DNA of 59,789 bases, from positions 1 through 59,789 of the forward strand of contig JANJXB010000072.1 of NCBI GenBank assembly GCA_024709245.1, given 5' to 3'. The DNA is from Acholeplasmataceae bacterium. Its GTDB lineage: Bacteria > Bacillota_I > Bacilli_A > Acholeplasmatales > Acholeplasmataceae. Under the pieces are notes generated by a model. That model made no database searches. It saw only the letters and a list, made by a program, of their open reading frames with translations, and was not told the DNA's origin. Shown one piece after another: positions 50,036-59,789 of this stretch (the stretch's first letter is position 1; each line of letters starts with the position of its first letter). The translations under genes were made by a program, and so were the position numbers.

Positions 50036-50863
50036 CTATGCGTTGTTGGATGCGGGGATGACAGAGCCCTGATACTGTGATTCAATGAATGCTTTGACTT
50101 CATCGAGTGCTAAAACTTCAATGAGTGCCTTGATTTTTTCGGAATTAAGATTGGATTCAAGTGCTGCAACAATATTGACATAAGGATTGTTTGTCGTTTC
50201 TTCAATGAAAATAGAATCTTCAACCGGATTAAGTCCACCTTCTAAGGCGTAGTTTGAATTGATGATGTAAAGATCCGCTTCATTGCTGTTGTACGCAGAA
50301 ATGAGGAAATCAGGTGCTACATCGGTTCGAAAGACAAGTTGTTTGGGGTTTGATGTGATGACTTCACTAAAATTGAGGGTTGTTGATAAAATATCAAAAG
50401 TTTCAGAAAGTGTAATCAGTCCTGCAGCGCGTAATAAATTGAGTGCGCGTCCATGGTCTGATACTGAATTTGACAATAAGATACTGGCTCCTTGGGGAAT
50501 GGATTCAAGCGATGTGATGGTTTTGCTGTACAGACCAATGGGTTCAATGTGAACATACGCTGCAACTTCCAATTGTGCACTAGGATTTTCTGAATTGTAT
50601 TTTGACAAAAATGGAACATGTTGAAAGAAGTTTGCATCTGCATCTCCAGCTGCTACCGCTGGATTTGGAAAATAATAATCCGATGTGATGATGATCTCTA
50701 GTTCAAATCCTCTTTCTTCTAAATACGGACGTGCGAATTCCAAGATTTCCCCATGAGGAATCGAAGTAGCGATGACTGAAATGGTAGTTTCATTTGAATT
50801 GGAACATGCAGATAGGGTGATAACGGAAATGATGAGGGTAATGATATAAATGATTTTTTTCAT
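50036..50863 (-). CDS. metQ: Methionine ABC transporter substrate-binding lipoprotein (MetQ/NlpA)
   Basis: Lipobox LSAC; PHGEIL, DANFFQHVPFL, HIEPIGLYS and INSNYAL motifs. Confidence 0.92.
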   Translation of the reverse strand: MKKIIYIITLIISVITLSACSNSNETTISVIATSIPHGEILEFARPYLEERGFELEIIITSDYYFPNPAVAAGDADANFFQHVPFLSKYNSENPSAQLEVAAYVHIEPIGLYSKTITSLESIPQGASILLSNSVSDHGRALNLLRAAGLITLSETFDILSTTLNFSEVITSNPKQLVFRTDVAPDFLISAYNSNEADLYIINSNYALEGGLNPVEDSIFIEETTNNPYVNIVAALESNLNSEKIKALIEVLALDEVKAFIESQYQGSVIPASNNA

Positions 50864-50875
50864 GTGATAATCTCC

Positions 50876-51550
50876 TTAAGATTTGGATCTGTGATCCAGT
50901 TTTCTTGCGATCAAATCGCCTGTGATTTGTATGATAAAGACAATAAACAGAATGGTGAGAATCGATCCGTACATGAGTGGGTAGTTGTTACCGAACTTTC
51001 CGTACTCATAAGCAAGGTATGCGAGTCCTCCAGCACCAATCACTGCTGCTGCAGACATGAATCCCACTAAGGTGACAAGCGTCAAAGTGAATCCAGAAAC
51101 AAGCGTGCTGAGTGCTTCTTTGAAGATGACGAGAACCGTTGTGAAGAAGGATGAGCCCATGGATTCTAAAGCTTCAAGGGTATCTTTAGAGACATCCCTT
51201 AATGCCATATGGACCACTCTGGCGAAAAAGGGAGAAGCACTGATGATTAAAGCAGGGAGTGCAGCTTTTGCACCGAGCATTGTTCCAACAATTGCTCTGG
51301 TGAGAGGAATGAGTAAGATGAGTAAAATGATGAATGGAATCGAACGTGCAATATCGTTGATGGATGCCAAGATACGATGAAATATTTTGACCCATAAACG
51401 ATTCTTTAAAAGTGATCCAGGTTCAGATGCGAAAAGTAAGAACCCAATGGCTAAACCTATGAAGAGTATGAATATCCCAGTACCGAAGACAAGGAATAAT
51501 GTTTCATTGAGAGCTTCCCTAAAGAGTTGAAGGTTTCTTTGATCAAGCAT
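50876..51550 (-). CDS. metI: Methionine ABC transporter permease
   Basis: RSIPFIILLILLIPLTR..VGT, PFFARVV and GAGGL motifs. Confidence 0.92.
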   Translation of the reverse strand: MLDQRNLQLFREALNETLFLVFGTGIFILFIGLAIGFLLFASEPGSLLKNRLWVKIFHRILASINDIARSIPFIILLILLIPLTRAIVGTMLGAKAALPALIISASPFFARVVHMALRDVSKDTLEALESMGSSFFTTVLVIFKEALSTLVSGFTLTLVTLVGFMSAAAVIGAGGLAYLAYEYGKFGNNYPLMYGSILTILFIVFIIQITGDLIARKLDHRSKS

Positions 51551-52523
51551 ACCGATTCACCTCCACGTGTGCGTTTCTTAAAAAGGTGAGTGCTTGTTCT
51601 TTATGTTTCCCTTCGATTTGAAGGTAGAGATATCCAATGACTTCATCTTTCAATTCGAGGGTTTTCGCAAACATGATGTTGACATCAACCTGATAGGTTT
51701 TGATCATGTCTGAGAGTGTCATTGAATCTGAGTTTTTATGGTCATAGATCAATTCATAGATCTCTTTGGATACATCTTTGGGTTCGTAAATCAGAGACCG
51801 GATGAGTGATTGAGTAATCGCTGTCTTAGGATGTGTAAACAACGCTTTGGCTGATTGATCTTCGATGATTTGACCTTGATCCATCACAACAACCCGTGTA
51901 CATAAGTCTTTGACTATCTCGATTTGGTGGCTGATGAAAATAATCGTGATTCCTGTTTTTTCTTGAATTTCTTTGAGAAGATTGATGATGTCTTTCGCTG
52001 TTTTTTGATCCAAAGCAGAAGTCGCCTCATCACAAAGCAAGTATTTCGGATGATTCGATAGAGCACGGGCAATGCCAAGTCTTTGTCTTTCACCACCAGA
52101 AAGTTCGACTGGATAACGATTTTCTTTTCCCGTCAATCCAACCAAATCAAGAAGTTCAGTGATTCTTGATTTCCTTTGATCTTTTGGATAGTTTCCAATG
52201 CTTAGAGCAAGCATGATATTGGCTTGAACCGTCATGGAAAAAACGAGATTGAAATGCTGAAAAATCATGCCCATGCTCTGACGCATTCGACGCATTTCCC
52301 GATGTGATAAATCGTTGATTGCAACCTGATCAATGAAGACTTGTCCAGTATCTGGCAAAATCAGACCATTCAGGATTCTTAGAAGTGTACTTTTACCAGC
52401 ACCGGAGTATCCGACAATACCCAAAACCTCACCTTCATGAATGGTAAGATTGATCTTTTTCAATGCCTCAAAGGATGATTCTTTTGAGGTGTATGTTTTA
52501 GAGATAGACTTAAGATTGATCAT
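51543..52523 (-). CDS. metN: Methionine ABC transporter ATPase with NIL domain
   Basis: GYSGAGKSTL, GMIFQHFNL, LSGGERQR and LLCDEATSALD motifs. Start refined to 52523. Confidence 0.93.
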   Translation of the reverse strand: MINLKSISKTYTSKESSFEALKKINLTIHEGEVLGIVGYSGAGKSTLLRILNGLILPDTGQVFIDQVAINDLSHREMRRMRQSMGMIFQHFNLVFSMTVQANIMLALSIGNYPKDQRKSRITELLDLVGLTGKENRYPVELSGGERQRLGIARALSNHPKYLLCDEATSALDQKTAKDIINLLKEIQEKTGITIIFISHQIEIVKDLCTRVVVMDQGQIIEDQSAKALFTHPKTAITQSLIRSLIYEPKDVSKEIYELIYDHKNSDSMTLSDMIKTYQVDVNIMFAKTLELKDEVIGYLYLQIEGKHKEQALTFLRNAHVEVNRYA

Positions 52524-52535
52524 GTGAGACTCCTT

Positions 52536-52670
52536 TAAAAAATAAAATTTCCCATCGTATGCGATAGGAATTACCTTGATCAAACCCATCGCTTATAGCA
52601 TTACCACCTTGTCTTATGACTGGTTGGTAGACGTTCACAGAGCTATATCTCTCCCGTCTTCTTGATAGTA
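52536..52670 (-). promoter_or_regulatory. SAM-I (S-box) riboswitch with terminator upstream of metN
   Basis: Minus strand CTATCAAGA..AGACG/CGTCT (P2), ACCAACC..GGTGGT (P3), GATGG (P1 3' strand); TATAGC/GCTATA pseudoknot; terminator TTCCTATCG/CGATGGGAA plus T-rich tail. Methionine transporter context. Confidence 0.88.
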
Positions 52671-52759
52671 CAAATTCAGATTGAATTGCATGTATTGTAA
52701 CATAGAAAATAAGGAATGTGAAGTGCAAAACCAATGAAACCGTTTTTACTGAAAATGAC

Positions 52760-52787
52760 AAAAAAGGACATGCTTTCACATATCCTT
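52760..52787 (-). terminator. Probable terminator after gyrA
   Basis: AAGGATATG/CATGTCCTT hairpin plus T-run on the minus strand. Confidence 0.6.
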
Positions 52788-52804
52788 AGTTTTGTTTGAA
52801 TTCT

Positions 52805-55435
52805 TTATGACTTGTTATCAAAAAGACTGTCTGTTGTTATGACTTCTTTATCGTCTTTTTCTTCGATTTCTTCAGGTTCCATCACAGCAGCTTCAACAAT
52901 TTTACGAGTCGTTCCTACTTGAATGGTTTCTTGGATGAATTGAACAGAATCTGACAACTCTTCCTCAATTTCTTCTTGTCTGGGTACCAGTGCAATCGTT
53001 GATACTTTATGATCCGGTCTGAGTCTGATGATTCTTACACCTTGAGTAGCGCGCTTGGTCTGAGAGATCTGATCCACATGGGTACGTATGACAACACCTT
53101 TGTCTGAAACGACGATCAAGTCTTGATCATCTGATACAGTTCGCAGGGTCGACAAACGACCGTTTTTCGCAGTGACATTGAGTGTCTTCACACCCTTACC
53201 ACCACGAATTTGCTTACGATACTCTTCAACGATTGTTCGCTTACCAAAGCCGTTTTCGGTGATTACAAGGATTTCTTGCTGGTCGTTATCCACAATTGCA
53301 ACCCCGACCACTTCATCCTTGGGACCAATGTTCATACCCCGTACACCGGATGTCGTTCTACCCATCGCTCTTGCATCGTTTTCATCGAAGCGAATGGCTT
53401 TACCATTGGAGGCTCCAAGAATAATTTCCTTCGTTCCATCAGTCAGTGCAACCGTGAGCAATTCATCATCTTCTCTTAGGTTAATGGCATTGATACCATT
53501 GGTTCTGATGTTTTGATATTCATTGACCAGTGTTCTCTTGATGATTCCTTTTTTGGTCACAAACGTGAGATGTTCTTGGTCTGTTTCAAAGTTCTTGACA
53601 GCTGTAAATGATGCTAATTTCTCATCTTTATCAAACTCAAGCAAATTCACAATAGGAAGACCTTTCGACTGTCTGGAACCTGCTGGAATCTGGTAACCCT
53701 TCATCTTATAAACTCGGCCTTTATTGGTGAAAAATAAATGATAATCATGTGTTGACGTCATTAGAATATGCTCGACATAATCGTCTTCATGAACCTTGAT
53801 GCCAGACATGCCAACACCACCACGATTTTGTGTCTTATAGTGATCGACATTCATACGTTTGATGTAACCATTGTTGGTCACTGTGATAATCACATCTTCT
53901 ACTGGGATCAAGTCTTCGTTTTCAATCGATAAATCTTCATGGAGATTGATTTCCGAGAGTCTTGGTTCATTGTAGGCTGCTTTGATTTCAGCGAGTTCGT
54001 TTCGAATGATCCCTATCTTTCTTTCATGGGAAACAATGATTTCCTTAAAGTCTGCAATTTTGACAATCAGTTCAGCCAATTCCGTTTCAATTTTTTCAAT
54101 TTCAAGTCCAGTCAAACGCTGTAATCTCATGTCCAAAATCGCACGTGCCTGAATGTCAGTGAGCTTGTAGGTTTCAATCAATGCTTCACGAGCTTCATCG
54201 CCTGTCTTGGATGCTTTAATGATTTCAATCGCGTGGTCGATATCATGGAGTGCAATCACAAGTCCATCTAAGATATGTTGTCTCGCTTCAGCTTTTTCGA
54301 GATCGTATACAGTTCTTCTTTGGATGACTTCGATTTGATGCTCTAAATAGTGTTTAAGCATATCACGCAATGTCACCATTTGAGGCTGACCCTTCACCAG
54401 TGCAATCATATTGATGCCAAAAGATTGTTGGAGTTGCGTGAACTTATAGAGATTGTTGAGCATGACATGAGGATTTACATCTCTTCTCAGTTCAATGACA
54501 ATTCTCATGCCTTTACGATTGGATTCATCACGCAAATCCGTGATGCCTTCCACAATTTTTTCTTTTGCGATTTCTGCGATTCTTTCAATCAGTGTCGTCT
54601 TATTGACCTGATATGGAATTGCGGTCACGATGATTGAATTGCGATTCTTTTGAGTAACGATTTCAGCAGTTGCACGAACAGCGATAATTCCTTTGCCCGT
54701 TTCATACGCTTGTCTAAGTCCTGTTAAACCTAGAATTTGACCTCCTGTTGGAAAGTCAGGACCTTTGATATACTCCATCAATTCGGAGGATGTCAGTGTT
54801 TCGTCATTCATATAAGCGAGCAATCCATCAATAACTTCACCTAAATTGTGTGGTGGGATGTTTGTCGCCATACCCACGGCAATCCCAGTGGATCCGTTAA
54901 CGAGTAAGTTGGGATATCTAGCTGGTAATACGGAAGGCTCATGTTCAGAACCATCGTAGTTATCCACAAAGTCCACTGTGTTCTTCTCAAGGTCTCTGAC
55001 GAGTTCTCCAGCAATCTTTGACATTCTGGCTTCGGTGTAACGCATGGCTGCAGCACCATCGCCATCAACAGAGCCAAAGTTTCCGTGTCCGTCAATCAAA
55101 GGCATTCTATAGGAGAAGGGTTGTGCCATTCTCACCATTGCATCATAGACAGAAGAATCACCATGAGGATGATACTTACCGATGACTTCCCCGACGATTC
55201 TCGCAGATTTCTTATGGGGTTTATCTGCAGACATGCCAAGATCATTCATGGCATAAAGGATTCTTCGTTGAACTGGTTTTAATCCGTCACGTATATCGGG
55301 CAAGGCACGGCTTACGATGACACTCATCGCATAATTCAAAAATGAGGTTTTCATTTCTGAGGAGATATTGATTTCTTTCACATATCCTTCAGTGGTTTTA
55401 GAAGAAATGTTATTTGCGTTGATGTTATTTTCCAT
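52805..55435 (-). CDS. gyrA: DNA gyrase subunit A
   Basis: [23 protein letters not shown] and GyrA-box QNRGGVG motifs. Confidence 0.98.
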   Translation of the reverse strand: MENNINANNISSKTTEGYVKEINISSEMKTSFLNYAMSVIVSRALPDIRDGLKPVQRRILYAMNDLGMSADKPHKKSARIVGEVIGKYHPHGDSSVYDAMVRMAQPFSYRMPLIDGHGNFGSVDGDGAAAMRYTEARMSKIAGELVRDLEKNTVDFVDNYDGSEHEPSVLPARYPNLLVNGSTGIAVGMATNIPPHNLGEVIDGLLAYMNDETLTSSELMEYIKGPDFPTGGQILGLTGLRQAYETGKGIIAVRATAEIVTQKNRNSIIVTAIPYQVNKTTLIERIAEIAKEKIVEGITDLRDESNRKGMRIVIELRRDVNPHVMLNNLYKFTQLQQSFGINMIALVKGQPQMVTLRDMLKHYLEHQIEVIQRRTVYDLEKAEARQHILDGLVIALHDIDHAIEIIKASKTGDEAREALIETYKLTDIQARAILDMRLQRLTGLEIEKIETELAELIVKIADFKEIIVSHERKIGIIRNELAEIKAAYNEPRLSEINLHEDLSIENEDLIPVEDVIITVTNNGYIKRMNVDHYKTQNRGGVGMSGIKVHEDDYVEHILMTSTHDYHLFFTNKGRVYKMKGYQIPAGSRQSKGLPIVNLLEFDKDEKLASFTAVKNFETDQEHLTFVTKKGIIKRTLVNEYQNIRTNGINAINLREDDELLTVALTDGTKEIILGASNGKAIRFDENDARAMGRTTSGVRGMNIGPKDEVVGVAIVDNDQQEILVITENGFGKRTIVEEYRKQIRGGKGVKTLNVTAKNGRLSTLRTVSDDQDLIVVSDKGVVIRTHVDQISQTKRATQGVRIIRLRPDHKVSTIALVPRQEEIEEELSDSVQFIQETIQVGTTRKIVEAAVMEPEEIEEKDDKEVITTDSLFDNKS

Positions 55436-55449
55436 GTGATATCTCCTTC

Positions 55450-58355
<2,906 letters not shown>

Positions 58356-58378
<23 letters not shown>

Positions 58379-58583
58379 GAATGATGTATATTTCCTGTTT
58401 TTGATATGAAACATGATCGCCATGATAGAGTTTTTTTCCTCGTTCAGTGCGACGTTCTCCATTGACAAAGACGTCATGACTTAATAAAAAAAACTTAGCT
58501 TCTCCACCGGAGCCAATGATGTCTGTCGCTTTGAGCAGTTGCCCTAGCGTGATAAACTCTGTCGTGATTTTGAACTTTTTCAC
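58356..58583 (-). CDS. yaaA: S4-domain RNA-binding protein YaaA
   Basis: FITLGQLLK..GSGGEAK..VNGE..RGKKL; conserved position between dnaN and recF. Confidence 0.93.
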
Positions 58584-58686
58584 TGAATACCCCTCTACTT
58601 CCTTTTATATTATATCATAATATAAGCAAAAACACACCCTTTTTTAACTTTTTTTTCGAGATAAAGTCATGAGTGTGTGTAGGTAT

Positions 58687-58721
58687 AAAAAAAAGCCTTA
58701 GGTTTGAAATTAAGGCTTTTT
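58687..58721. terminator. Terminator after dnaN
   Basis: AAAAAGCCTTA/TAAGGCTTTTT inverted repeat. Confidence 0.75.
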
Positions 58722-58728
58722 GGAATGA

Positions 58729-59789
58729 TTAGTCAATGCGTACCGGTAAAATCAGATGGAGTAAATCAGCGTCTAAATTACCTTTGATTACGAAGGGTTT
58801 GACTTCACCTGCAAACTGTAATAAAACTTCGCTTGATCCAAACGATTTCAATGCTTCAACCAAATATCTTGAAGAGAATGCTATCTTAATGACAGGTCCT
58901 AAAACATCCGAAGATGGGATGATTTCTTCATTGGCATCACCGACTTCATTGTTTGTGGAGCTGATCTCAACAATCTTATCTTGACGAAGGCTTAATTTAA
59001 TGATGTTATAGTTGGTTTCACGATCTCTTGGGGATAATAACGATACACGTTCAACTGCTGCAAGCAATTCTTCTTTATTGAATGGAATAATGACAGGAAA
59101 TTCTGTTGGAATGATTCTTAAAGTATCTGGGTATGTACCTTCTAAAAGACGAGTCTGGAATAAAATCTTATTCATTTTGAATAGAACTTTATTGGGATTG
59201 ATGAAAAGCTCAACGTCATCACTAAATCCATCTAAAATCTTACTCAATTCTTCGAGGCTCTTGTTTGGAATGACGATATCAAAAGTCTTACTGTGTGTTC
59301 TTAGTTTGACATTTTTTTGAGATAATCTATAACTGTCGGTTGCTACACAGTATAGGTGGTTTTCCAAATACTTAAAATTTACACCTGTTAAAATAGGTCT
59401 TTTTTCTGAAGTAGCAGTCGCAAAATTTGTTTCTTTGATGATGGATTTAATCAATTGGCTATCAAGTACGATAGGATCATCCAAATCAAGGAAATCAATT
59501 TCAGGATAATCTTCTACATCCATCAATCTTAATTTAAACTCTGAACGATCTGCCTTAATCACAATCAATTTATCTTCAATCAGCGCAAACTCAATGCGAT
59601 GAGAAGTAACTTTACGAATGATTTCAATTAAATACTTACCAGGTATTGCTACTTTGCCAGGTTCTTTAATCGCTAAAGAATGATCATCGATGAGCACTTG
59701 AATGGCAACATCTGTATTACTTGATGTTAGCAGCATGTGATCTTCATTGACCTCGAACTTAACAGCATAGAGGATAGGAAGTGGTGTTT
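58729..59789 (-). CDS. dnaN: DNA polymerase III beta sliding clamp (5' end outside the window)
   Basis: RPILTGV, ATDSYRL, RLLEGTYP and C-terminal LILPVR motifs; the frame stays open to the window edge. Confidence 0.96.
   Translation of the reverse strand, partial: TPLPILYAVKFEVNEDHMLLTSSNTDVAIQVLIDDHSLAIKEPGKVAIPGKYLIEIIRKVTSHRIEFALIEDKLIVIKADRSEFKLRLMDVEDYPEIDFLDLDDPIVLDSQLIKSIIKETNFATATSEKRPILTGVNFKYLENHLYCVATDSYRLSQKNVKLRTHSKTFDIVIPNKSLEELSKILDGFSDDVELFINPNKVLFKMNKILFQTRLLEGTYPDTLRIIPTEFPVIIPFNKEELLAAVERVSLLSPRDRETNYNIIKLSLRQDKIVEISSTNNEVGDANEEIIPSSDVLGPVIKIAFSSRYLVEALKSFGSSEVLLQFAGEVKPFVIKGNLDADLLHLILPVRID

Noticed and set aside
52510-52779. 89-aa ORF upstream of metN
   Set aside because: Runs through the promoter, SAM-I aptamer and terminator; no coding features.
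58584-58728. oriC/DnaA boxes in the AT-rich dnaN-yaaA gap
   Set aside because: No TTATCCACA-like boxes; the gap contains a terminator and a promoter. oriC is expected beyond the right edge.

Overview
Core chromosomal region next to the replication origin of a low-GC bacterium using the standard genetic code, most consistent with an Acholeplasmatales/Izemoplasmatales-type mollicute (inferred from gene content and order). Almost all genes are on the minus strand, reading away from an origin beyond the right edge. From right to left: dnaN-yaaA-recF-gyrB-gyrA; a SAM-I riboswitch-controlled metNIQ; an LtaS-family/DUF1361/galE group; an MFS-unknown-GH105 sugar cassette; uppP divergent from DUF368-galU; T-box serS; a two-component system; pduL; the rnmV-ksgA-ispE-spoVG-prs-pth-mfd cluster; pflBA-fhs-folD; ppa and yebC; glyA abutting an atypical rnf operon with apbE; rpmE-tdk-tadA-SRP RNA; and tkt-mnmG-rsmG-parA. 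No mobile elements, CRISPR arrays, tRNAs or rRNAs were recognised. The most unusual element is a self-contained ~220-nt transcription unit between folD and ppa. It has a promoter, a guanine-type purine riboswitch aptamer, two ACACAUAGGGG repeats exactly 60 nt apart, a segment able to unfold the aptamer, and a terminator, but no substantial ORF. Also notable are an Rnf complex with a truncated RnfB, up to three FMN-binding domains, a small Cys-rich extra gene and an ApbE insertion, and a polyprenyl-phosphate recycling/glycolipid module in an apparently wall-less organism. All calls come from reading motifs by eye; no database searches or folding programs were run.
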